Source: Amoebophrya sp. A120 (lineage: Eukaryota > Protista > Dinoflagellata). From it: a DNA stretch of 64,000 bases. Location of the stretch: positions 798,564-862,563 of the forward strand of contig CAJINV010000005.1 of assembly GCA_905178155.1 (NCBI GenBank), in the 5' to 3' direction. Below, in pieces: positions 22,325-32,592 of the stretch (positions within the stretch are counted from its first letter, which is position 1; each line of letters begins with the position of its first letter). The notes beneath the pieces were generated by a model. It worked only from the letters and a program-made list of their open reading frames with translations, did no database searches and was not told the DNA's origin. The translations under genes were made by a program, and so were the position numbers.

Positions 22325-24231
22325 TCACTTGTTCTTCTCGGCTTTCTCTTTCCCCTTCTGAATGATCTGCTCAAACAGCTTAACCCGGTCGCTGACCTTC
22401 ACTTTGCCCGCCGGCTTTGCACTCGGCGACGACGAGGAGGGACTCCCATCCTGTTCCGCAGCAGCGGCCGAGACACCAGAAGCGGATGCAGAAGCCATCG
22501 CGGTGGCGTCACCCTGCTCGGTTTTTTCTTCGCTCTCTTGCTTTTCCTCCTGCACGATGACCGGCTCCATCGTCACAACGCCATCGTCCGCACTAACCAC
22601 CGGTCGCGCCGTATCCTGAGGAAAAACGTACCCACGCCAGAGTTGTAATGCAGATTTGCAAAGACAGGAAGACTTGTAATGCGCATCCCCATGAGAGGCA
22701 TTTCCAATCGTGTTTTGGAATTTGTGATGCTGTGAACAGGATGAGCAGATGAGTCTGTGATGCAGCTGCACTTGCTAACCAGCACTACACTGCGGAGTGC
22801 AATTTGTCATGCGTGACTCCCAAAACTCCTAGGTTTGTGTTGCAAAATCCCCATCCTGACTCTGGTGTGGGGACGTTTTTACTCAGGATACACCGCCGGC
22901 TCCGCCTCGACCGTCGCACTGTCCGCGTCCGCGCTGGCGCTCGCGTCGCCCTCCACGCGTTCACCACTCGACGGTCCGCCGCGGGTCATGTCGAAGTACT
23001 CCGTTTTGATTTTTGACGGCGACATTTCTTCTGTTTTGTTCTCCCCGGCCGCGGGAGATTCTTCCAAAGTCGCTTCTGCAGCTTGGAACATCGGGGAAGA
23101 GGAGCCGGATTTCTTGCTCTCGTCTTCTTCACAGAGGGTCTGGAAAAGTTTGGCGTCTTCCGAGAGTTGTTGCTCTTCTGCTTTATTTTCCTCCTTCTTT
23201 TCCTTAACCGCCAAAGCAGCACCAGGTTCATCATCTTCCGGAGCAGGGGCAGACGGGGCAGCGTCGGGGGCAGCCTCGGGGGCAGCAGACGTTTTGCTTT
23301 CAACGTCCTCAGCAACCGGCGGACTGGTCACTCCGGTCTTCTCGTCTTCCATTGGTGTGCTGGTTTCTGGTTCTTGTTGTTTTTCACCATCAGCAGGAGA
23401 TGTCGCTTCTTTCATTTCCACATCTGGTTTCTCCTCCTCGTCGCCCTTCGCCTTCTCCGTCACAACCTCAGCTGTTTTCTTCCCGGCAGTTGTATCCGCC
23501 TCTTCAGAGGAGCTCGGTGACGCCTGTTTCAGCTGCGATACCCGCCCGAACTTTTTCGCGGACGGCTTCATCCCAGCCGCGGTGGGTATCGCACGAAAAA
23601 AGTGTTACAGTTACACATTGTGTTGCAAGACCGGCAACAGAGACAACCTTTCTCATGCAGGAAACGCTTGGGAGCCTCGTTTCCTTCCTATTTTCCCTTA
23701 TCCTTATGATCTTCGCATTACAAGTTTTCTCTGCACACACAAAGAAAATTTGTGATGCAGAACTCCAACCAATGTGTAACTGTAACACTTTTTTCTTGTG
23801 ATAGTGGGGGTGCTGCCAGCAGTAAGGGAGGAGGAGGAACCACCGCCGTTGAACTTGGCCATGCGTTCCTTGATGGACAGCGGTTTGTTGGGGTCAGTAC
23901 TTGCTTTCACCATGACGGCATCCGGTTGTTCGACAGCGGGTTTAATACTGGGCTTCTCATCATCCTCAGTGGTGATCGCCTTCTTCCCCGCGGAAGTAGG
24001 GGATTGGTCGTTGTCGCCTTTGAACACCGGGAGCTCGCCTGCTTTCAAGGGTTTTGACTCAGTCTCAGTCGCGTCGTCTGTGGTCAAATCGATCAAGTCG
24101 TGCTCCTTCGTGAGTTCCTCGACAGTGGAAACTTTTAGCCCCTCCATGGGCGGAATGAGCGTCTCAACTTCTGCATCCTTTTTCTCGTTGGGGGACGTCG
24201 GTGCGAGGAAGCCCTTCTCCTGTGGTGACAT
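22325..24231 (-). CDS. Acidic low-complexity hypothetical protein (~466 aa; exons 24231-23804, 23581-22891, 22606-22325)
   Basis: Three ORF pieces join in frame (1401 nt) after removing two elements. Repeated motif SIKERMAKF / VSDRVKLFE. Confidence 0.75.
22612..22890. mobile_element. Introner-like TIR element, family B (279 bp), inverted relative to the 12845 copy
   Basis: TIR tatcctgag.aaaaacgt.cccac.ccagagt; TSD cgccg/caccg (1 mismatch). Confidence 0.93.
23587..23803. mobile_element. Introner-like TIR element, family E (217 bp)
   Basis: TIR tatc.ca.gaaaaaagtgttacagttacacattg; TSD gtggg. Confidence 0.93.
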
Positions 24232-24847
24232 TGAGATTTTGGTTCAGATCGCCATGAAAACCAAGAAACAATCACACATCACACAGGCACACCGACCGGG
24301 ACTTTCAAGCTGCATCGGAATCGTCAAGAAAAAATACTTACCGTCGACTCCGTTAATGCTTGAGACTTGATGGCAATGGCGAATTCCGGCAAGCACAGCG
24401 CCACGCTGATGCGGGCAAGTTTTCCAGACGAGCGCATCACGACCATGATGAAGTAAAAATCTTTGCGTTTTGCGGCTTGAAAAAAATGCTTCAAAGGAAA
24501 CGCGGTAAAGAAAAGGTGGAGAAAGAAACGGCAACGGCAAGCTATTTGGCGTTCGGCATCGAAGTTCTTCTACCAGTCCTTCTTTGATTTCGACACACAA
24601 ACAGGGAGAGGGATGAACCACAACACGAAATAAAAAACAAGGAACGCAGCAACAGACCAAAAGAACCAAGAAGAACAAGATCCAGATTATGAACGCGTAA
24701 CAAACAAAATATATGACCGTTTGAAGCAGGGCAGCATGTATGTCGAACCTGAGTCCGTTTCATTTGATTCTGGGAAATTTTGTTCTCTACAATTTTTTTG
24801 TGGAAAAAAAGAATTCGAAACATCGCGAACAGACTTGTTCCTCTAGG

Positions 24848-25654
24848 TTACAAAACAATCTTCGTACTTGGCGCGGCTAGGCGCAGCTCTTCGAGTTGCT
24901 TTCCAGACAACATTTTCCCGTTAGCCGCATCCGCGCACATTTGTTTCACCTTTGTTATGCGCTGCATCATCGCGTGGGCCATCTTGAGCATCGTGTGATA
25001 GTGGTGGTGCTGGATCTCCCGTTGCTTCTTGTAGTAGTCGATGACTTTTTTCTTTTGCTCCAGCAAGAAGGATTTTCCCTCGTTCTGCAGTGTAACATAC
25101 TCCTTTTCCTGCTTCGAAACCCTGTCCGCGGCTCGCTTTTCCTGCGCATTGGCGCGCTTGATGTCGCCTTTGAACTTTTCGTACATCTCTTGCAGCAGCG
25201 GCACCATGATTGCCGGGCCCATCGCTTTACCGATCAGGCTGCCAACCATGCCTCTACTGCCCAACCTAGCCTTGCTGTTCTTCTGCAACTGTTCGTAAGC
25301 GGCCTTGACGTCAGCGGGCATAGTTGCCGTGATATCGCTGGCCGCTTTATTCTTGTTGTTGGGTGAGCCTGCTTCTCGGTTCAGTAGCAGCTCCTTCGTA
25401 AACTCGAAGAGGGAGTAAACCCGCGAGATGTGGTTCTGCAGGATGGCCTCCTGTTGCGTGATGTCTTTCAAATCCGCACGCGCTTCCAAACGAGCGGAAA
25501 GCAGCATGCTCTTGCCGCGAGCATTTCCGCTGTCCGCTGAAGAGTTCTCAACTGCCGCAGCGACTTGTGACCGCAGTTGCACAGCATCGACCGCCAGGAG
25601 CTCGGTCCAGGTAGCTACGCAGCTTAGAAAGGTGGCGATGTGCACCAGCTTCAT
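24848..25654 (-). CDS. Secreted coiled-coil hypothetical protein (268 aa)
   Basis: Signal peptide MKLVHIATFLSCVATWTELLAVDA; helical charged C-terminal half. Confidence 0.7.
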   Translation of the reverse strand: MKLVHIATFLSCVATWTELLAVDAVQLRSQVAAAVENSSADSGNARGKSMLLSARLEARADLKDITQQEAILQNHISRVYSLFEFTKELLLNREAGSPNNKNKAASDITATMPADVKAAYEQLQKNSKARLGSRGMVGSLIGKAMGPAIMVPLLQEMYEKFKGDIKRANAQEKRAADRVSKQEKEYVTLQNEGKSFLLEQKKKVIDYYKKQREIQHHHYHTMLKMAHAMMQRITKVKQMCADAANGKMLSGKQLEELRLAAPSTKIVL

Positions 25655-26439
25655 CTTGGCCGCCCTGGGTTCCCTTCACAATCACGCTCTACAGATGAAA
25701 ATTTGAACCGACTGCAACAACCATACTTGTATGATTCAGATTCAGACGATTTTGAAAAACTGCGCGGATCCAAAATCGCAGCCGTCACAAAAAGATGGCT
25801 CGAAACCCAGTCGATGTCGCTCACCACATTCAATGTCGGCGCAACACATCAACAACCCCAGAAGAACAGCGAAAGAGATAGCAGGCTTGCGAACCAAAAC
25901 CATTGATTTCTTCTGTGTGAGATTTTCACTCGCAGCTGTATCTGCGCTTCTAGTGTACAAATGTCCATCTCGGCAGAAATTTGTTGGTGCTGATAAATAC
26001 ATGATTACCCCGTTGCAAATCAAGCTAAAATTGTAGTTGCTAAGAGAAAAATATCCGAAACAAAAAGGTGTACATTGTTGAAACTAAGCAAATTGAAACA
26101 AAAATCTTGTACATGAGGTGTAGAATTCTAAGTGAGAAAGTTTCTTCGAAAGTAAGCCATCAAACAAATACGTAAAAAACATTTTACAGTGTTGCTAACA
26201 AATCGGTTTCATGCCTACGTGCTTCCGTCAAATAAGATTCCGTTGATTCTAAAAAATTTTTTTTTCGGTTTCGCTACAAAGTCTAAAATCATCACACTGC
26301 CAAGAAAAACGTCGATTATCCATTTGTTATAGTTGCTTATCTATGAAATTTTGCCGGTAACAAGAAAATAACTACCACTTGCTTCTCCCAAAGAGCATTC
26401 TAAAGAAGATTCGGATCGATTTTCTTTTTCGCACTCCGT

Positions 26440-28370
26440 CTAATGCCCTGCACCCGCTCCTGCACCGTCCGCGGCGTTATCCCCACCGGCGCCCATCATA
26501 CCTGCCTGCGCCTGCACGACGAACGGGTCCCGCGCTTTGCCCCAGTGCGCCTTGGCGAACTTCGAGGCCGCTCTGCCCTCCAGCGCCCTGCCCCGTTCCT
26601 TCTGCATCATGCGCTGCGCGTTCGCCTGGCGGGCAATAGCCCGTTCGTGCTTCGGGTACATGATGCGGACAACCTCCATGATCCGCTTCATGCCCTCGTA
26701 GCTGACGGCGCCGCTGTAGTGCTCCCCAAGGAGCTGCAGGAACTCGTACCTGGAATAGGTATTGCGGGAAGAATGAATCATGCCTTCATGCATGCAAGTG
26801 ACAAGTTGAGTGTATTGTCATCATCCACCAGCACCATGCAGCACAAATGAATTCCAGCGATGAAAAAAGAAAAAACAACTCTAAGCAGCTTTACATTTCT
26901 TTCTTCTCCAAAGTCGGCTTGCCTTTGCAGTTCACCACGCCCCACAATTCCAGGTTGGCCAACATTCTGTCGCTGTCCAAGACGTACCCCATCTCCGGCG
27001 CGTAGGGCTCGTGGTAGTGCTCTTCGTCCGTTTTCTTCGCTCTCTGCAGAAAGAAAGTCCGCAAGTTTTTTTTCTCGTTCTTGAAGTAGTCGCGGTGGAG
27101 CAGCACCAAAATCTCCCAGGTCTTCTGCTGCAGGTCCGTCCAGGTCTTCCGCGGCCTCTGCAGCCACTTTTCGTTGATCTCCCGGAACGCCGCGTTTTCT
27201 TCCAGCCATTCAAAATGGTCCGACGCCTTGTCCTTGAAGGTGTACCCCCGTCTGCCGTCGTAGCACCGCTGCTCCTCGATCGCGGCGAGAATGCGCTTCT
27301 GGTTCAAGGCTTGCCGGGTGAAGGAATAGGACTTCGCGAAGGCGGCGGTCATATCTGAAAATGTAAATGGGGAGATGTAGTTTACAGCGTTAACTACGAA
27401 CAACTCTGCAATGCAGAAGCACAACCAAGTAGATGCGGTTGCAGATTGAGATTTACTTCTGCAGAGCATAACAAATAATCTCTCATGCGAGAAAGGAACC
27501 ACACTGTCTTATACCTTTCAACCCCTTCAGTCCCTTCTTCGACGTGAACAGATTCCGCAAAGCCAATTCATTTTCCCTTTCCATTTCCGAAAACTATCCT
27601 GATCAAAAACGTCCCCAGAGTCAAGATGAAGATGTGAAATCTGCTAGACAAATCACACAGCTTTGGTTGTTTGGCATGACAACTTTTTCCTCGTAGTGTG
27701 ATCCTGCTTAGCTAGCTCAGAAGCATCACAGATCTGGCACAGCATGCTGATCCTAGCATCACAAATCCCAAAACACGAAGAGAAAATGCTTCTCATACGG
27801 CTCCGCATGAGAAACTTTTTTGGCATGCAGAATTGCATGACAACTCTGGGGTGGGGATGTTTTTACACGGGATAAAAACGCCATGGTCTTCATCAAGGGT
27901 TGGTGTTCGATGATTTGGTACTATCCAAGAAAAAAACGTTGTTAGTGTAAATTTGTGATGCGCAACATTCAAGCTGATTGCGACTGTTATGCTTGGCATG
28001 CATCGTAGGGCTCATTGAAGGGCGTTTTCACGTAGTATCTGCGCATGACAGGTTTTTGCTGCCATGCGAGAGATATTTGTCATGCTAATCCCCCAAGAAA
28101 GTTACACCTACAATGTTTTTTTCTTGGATAGGTACGGCTGCGCTTTCTGGCACTCCACCGTGGGTCGCAGGTAAATCGGCTCCATCAAGTTCCAGGTCTG
28201 CTGGGCGCCGCACGGATAATTGGTGAGGTAACGGTAGTTGGAGATGATCGGCTCGCCGGACCGGTGTTCCCGTTGCAGCGCATTGAAAGCGATCAGTTTT
28301 CGGCTCGCGTCACCGTAGTCATGACGGAAAGCTTCCTCGGCGACCTGACAGAGCATAATTTCTTGAGTGG
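26440..28370 (-). CDS. Multi-exon hypothetical protein interrupted by two introners
   Basis: Removing 27922-28130 and 27595-27874 gives KAQPY-QIIEHQPLMKTMAF-SEMERENELALRNLFTSKKGLKGLK. A GT-AG intron then leads to DMTAAFAKSYSF. The 5' end is uncertain. Confidence 0.65.
27595..27874. mobile_element. Introner-like TIR element, divergent family B (280 bp)
   Basis: tatcc.g..aaaaac.tcccc..cagagt ends; TSD aaaac. Confidence 0.85.
27922..28130. mobile_element. Introner-like TIR element, family F (209 bp)
   Basis: TIR tatccaagaaaaaaac(g/a)ttgt..gtgtaa; TSD ggtac. Confidence 0.92.
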
Positions 28371-28460
28371 CTTTGGAATAAACAAAGCAAGCATGCACAC
28401 TGAGATGCGGCATCACAAAGAATTAACATTAAGTAATTTCTATCTTCAAAATAAACATTT

Positions 28461-28808
28461 CTATACATGCGGTTGGTAGAGACTGAGCCGGTAGAGTTCC
28501 TCCAACCTCGGGTCCTTCCAGGTCTTCGCCTTAATCTCCGCTTCCTTCTGCACGATTCCCCGCGCCGGCGCTTTTTTCTCCTCCACCTGTGGCTTGATCT
28601 TTACACCCGCGGCCGCCAACCGCTCCAGTTCCTGCTGCCGCTCGATCGCATCCACTTTCGCGTCGCACTCGTCGATCGCCTTGAACGCCTTCTCACGGGC
28701 AAGGGTCGCCTGCAGCTGCTGGAATCTCTCATGGTCCTTTTGGCGCTGCTGGTACCGTTGCCGGAAGTTGACTCCGGTCTCGATACGGTTCACTCCGCCC
28801 GTCGTCAT
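28461..28808 (-). CDS. Small coiled-coil hypothetical protein (first exon or complete gene)
   Basis: GC3-rich 115-aa ORF with an ATG start, flanked by AT-rich sequence. Confidence 0.6.
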   Translation of the reverse strand: MTTGGVNRIETGVNFRQRYQQRQKDHERFQQLQATLAREKAFKAIDECDAKVDAIERQQELERLAAAGVKIKPQVEEKKAPARGIVQKEAEIKAKTWKDPRLEELYRLSLYQPHV

Positions 28809-29633
28809 GATCGATGTTTTTGGTTGAATGAAGTTGTTGTATCGTTTAAGTAGATGATGATTTTGTTTTTCTTTTGGCTTCTACTCAGTTTTGTGCTTTG
28901 CGAGAACCAACTTGGTCTTTTTTCTTGAGACTTCTAGCTCAGTAACGATCCCCAAAAAAAAATTCTTGTTTTTGAATTGATCGAGAAAAAGTACGTAAAT
29001 ATTCGGAAAAAAAGGCTCAAAGGCGGAAATGCCTCACTTTTGCAAGTGGTACACGTCCGCGATACCTTGACGACGACGAAAGATCTAGATCAGTGTGCAA
29101 CCACGACACGAGTTTTTACTACTGACGAGGATGACCACACAACGATCTACGACAATGAATACTTAGACGATCACAGAAGAGACGTTGACGAATAGCAACA
29201 AATTCTGATTCTTACGATTTTTCCGCCGAAGGTCAAGAATTTTCAGTGCGTAGTACTCAAAAATCGATGCTTTTCTGATTCCGTTTTTGCCTGCTTTACC
29301 TGTACCGAAAATGACGTCTTTTTCTTCTTTTTTCTGAGTTGGCGAGGTCTAGAAAACTGATGTGAAGAACACTGCTCGGAGCTTTCAGCACGGTGAAAAT
29401 AAACGCTGAAGGACAACGAACTCGTTCGTCCCACTGTCGCGCTGCTTGGTTTTGATGCTTTGTTCCAACGAAATTTTCCGAAGCACAACCAGAATCTCGA
29501 AAAACAATTTAGAAGTTCAACTCCATCAGAAGTTTTTTGTCTGCAAACATCACATCAGAAATGAAATAATTTTTGCAACGTTTTTTATTCGGTAAAGCTA
29601 GAAGCACTATCGTAGCTCCCTTCACTGCTTCCT

Positions 29634-31095
29634 TCATGGCAGATCCGAGTCCAACACATCTAGCCGCTGGAAGATGCGGTTGGACAGGAATTGAAACCGG
29701 CCCTGGCGCGACCCGAGGTGCATGCCCTCGGACCAGTCCTGGACCTTGATGAAACCGCCGGGTCCTCGGTCCGGGTTGTCATAGTACTCATCTTCGCCAT
29801 CACGGCGACGCTGATTGTTTTTGTTCGTCATCCCCCCGCCCGGTTTCTTCCTGCCCGGCCGCGCACCGCACTGGCGTTGCGTAGACGCCCGCCGGTTGCT
29901 TGAAGTTTGCTTCTTGTTAGTACTAAAACTCTCATAGTCGTCGCCGAGGTCTTGAACCGAGACGTTGTTCAGTCCCCGGCGGTATCAAATGTAAAAATGT
30001 CTGGGTCTGCGAGAATGCGCGACTTGTCATGCAGCTTTTCCATGACCCACGAAGCCTGGAATGCAGGATCTAGCATGACAGATTCTGTGCGATCTCTCTC
30101 ATGCCTATCCTGCATGACAAACTCCCTCCCGACTTGGCCAAAACTGGACGACTTTTGGTAATCATGCAACACAGATTTTTGCATGCTTCAGACTTAGCAT
30201 TACAAGTTGCATTCTTCCAGACCCAGACATTTTTACATTTGATAGGCGGCGTGCCCGCGCAATCCGAGCGGCAATCACGGGGTCGGGCGCTAGGCGTGGG
30301 GGCGTTTCGCGGACTATCCTGAGGAAAAACGTCCCCACGCCAGAGTTGTAATGCAGATTTGCAAAGACAGGAAGACTGGTAATGCGCATCCCCATGAGAA
30401 CCATTTCCAGTCGTGTTTTGGAATTTGTGATGCTGTGAACAGGATGAGCAGATGAATCTGTGACGCGGCTGCACTTGCTAACCTGCACTACACTGCAGAG
30501 CGCAACTTGTCATGCGTGACTCACAAAACTCCTAGGTTTGTGTTGCAAAATCCCCATCCTGACTCTGGTGTGGGTACGTTTTTACTGAGGATACGGACGT
30601 GCTCCGTGGAAGCCGAGCGGACGGTGGAGATGTTGCCGCGCCGGAGCGTGCGCCCAGTTCGGTGGGGCGTGGCGGGAGGACCTGAGAGGAGGAACAAGAA
30701 GGGGGTTGACGTCTATATTTCCTGGACGTGAGCAATATTCAGCTCATAGGCCGTTGTAGAAACGAAATGAGAACTACGTCTACAACGATGAAATAACTTT
30801 CAAAACGAACATCTGTCTGGTAAGCAAGTCGAAGTTTGTTTGGCATAGGCATGCTAGCATGAAGTACAAAAAACCCAAACGTTGTACCATGGCCGGTTTC
30901 CCGCACTGGTGAAGGCACATTCCGATCGTTTGGATCGAGAATTGAAGGGTCTTCTGGCCGGTCGAAATCGGTAGAAAACCCACCGGCACCGCACCGCTCC
31001 ACCATTTCTGCGGTCCTTGTGTCTACTTGCAGTGCTGGAATAAATAAGGGTGCTGCGCCGTCGCTTGAAGTTGCTGTTGCTTTAGTTTGCTGCAA
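29634..31095 (-). CDS. Multi-exon hypothetical protein interrupted by two introners
   Basis: Excision of 30315-30593 and 29983-30244 gives ...STEHV-RETPPRLAPDPVIAARIARARR-RGLNNVSVQDLGDDYE in frame. The outer exons are inferred. Confidence 0.55.
29983..30244. mobile_element. Introner-like TIR element, family A (262 bp)
   Basis: TIR tatcaaatgtaaaaatgtctgggtctg; TSD ggcgg. Confidence 0.95.
30315..30593. mobile_element. Introner-like TIR element, family B (279 bp)
   Basis: Closely similar to 22612-22890; TSD cggac. Confidence 0.95.
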
Positions 31096-31268
31096 TAGAG
31101 AAGCAGTTTTTGCAGAAATTATATCTTTCGTTCCTTGCTGTTGTGCTTCGAAAAATTTCGGTCGAAACGGAAACTTGTCGCCAAACCGTCGTAGTCGCAG
31201 TCGAAGTGGTCTGATTCAAAAAAAAAAACCGGTCGTTGAGAAAAAAAGCCCGAACCAACTCAATAAGT

Positions 31269-31514
31269 TCAGCACGAAGTAGAAGAACCACCGCGCAGCT
31301 GGAGAACCATGTGAATAATCGAGCCAGGTTTTACGTTGTAATCTTGGAGTTGACACTCGTCTGACATTTGCTTTCCCAGGTAGATGAGTCGGATCTGTTC
31401 CATCTGAATGCCCTCCTTCTCCTGCAACGCCTCCTTGACGTGCTTCACGAAGTTGTCGGGCTCGAAGTTGAAATTCGACTTCCGCCCCGTCAGCGTCTTG
31501 ATCGAGATCTGCAT
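31269..31514 (-). CDS. NEDD8: NEDD8/RUB1 ubiquitin-like modifier precursor
   Basis: MQISIKTLTG...EKEGI...RLIYLGKQMSD...HMVLQLRGG plus a 5-aa tail. The RLIYxGKQM motif distinguishes NEDD8 from ubiquitin. Confidence 0.88.
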   Translation of the reverse strand: MQISIKTLTGRKSNFNFEPDNFVKHVKEALQEKEGIQMEQIRLIYLGKQMSDECQLQDYNVKPGSIIHMVLQLRGGSSTSC

Positions 31515-32592
31515 TGTTCTGAAGACTCGATAGAAGCTGAAATAACCAGGTTAGAAGTTGAGATGGAGTTGTAACCAGAACTTTTTGTGTTTTGCTCTAC
31601 TTCTGTCGTGTAGTAGCTGCTAGAAGCGACAATATTAATCTCACTATGAATAAGCCGCTGCATTTTGAATGTGAGTTTTGTAGTTGAAGCGAGGTTTTCG
31701 TTTTAGTGCTCTTTGTGTACAACAAAAAGTCAATAAATCGAGACTGTACAAAAGGAGATCCTTAGAGGCAACAACTCGGGGTAAGGACCTTGTTGTAGAA
31801 GTTTTTGGTATTTTTCATTATTCATTCCAGCAAATGCAGCTTTTCTGTTTTGCATCCAACAAGATCAGCCCTTTTTCTTGCGATTGTATCGTTACTCTTT
31901 GTCGTGTACGTGTGTTGCGTCAGGCACGGACGTTTGACGAACCGAAAGTTAATTTGCAGGTGAAATCTCTCCTATGGGTAAGTTCCGACTTTTTGGCCTT
32001 TAGGCTGCAGTCTTTGCTCGGCACCGAATCAGCCGTAGCTCCTTAGCCGTGTACGAGTCTAGAAAAACGAATCCAACATGCGCACGACGACCGAACAATT
32101 TTACGAAGTTCTTCATCAAGAAATCTTCTACGAGCCGTTTCATAGGACAACGTATATATAAATCGTTTCGAATCCTTAGGTGTGGTTTTCTGCCGAGGCG
32201 TTAACCTCTGCCAGCCAGTGCTATCATCTTCAGGTTTAGAAGTTCACGGTCTGTCATTCAATTATTAGCTCTTCATCACGAAAAAAAGCTCTAAGAACTG
32301 CTATTATACCCAGCAAGAACTTCTTGATCACTTGAAGTGCAATTTGCATTTGCAATCGGTTTTTTCAAAAAAACCTCCATGCACCTCCACACGTTTCCAC
32401 CTTTGCCGCCCTTTCGTCTGCTCACTTTTCCCAACTGTTCGATTTGCAATTGTCACAGGGCGCGGAGCTATTCTTCCCGCATGTACTGCAGCTGTGACGA
32501 AAGCAAACCAATTCCCCAACCTCCATCCACCGCACCACGATCGTCGAAAAGCGCTGCTAGGGCTCCTCGTCACCGGAAAGTTGTAATTCGGG

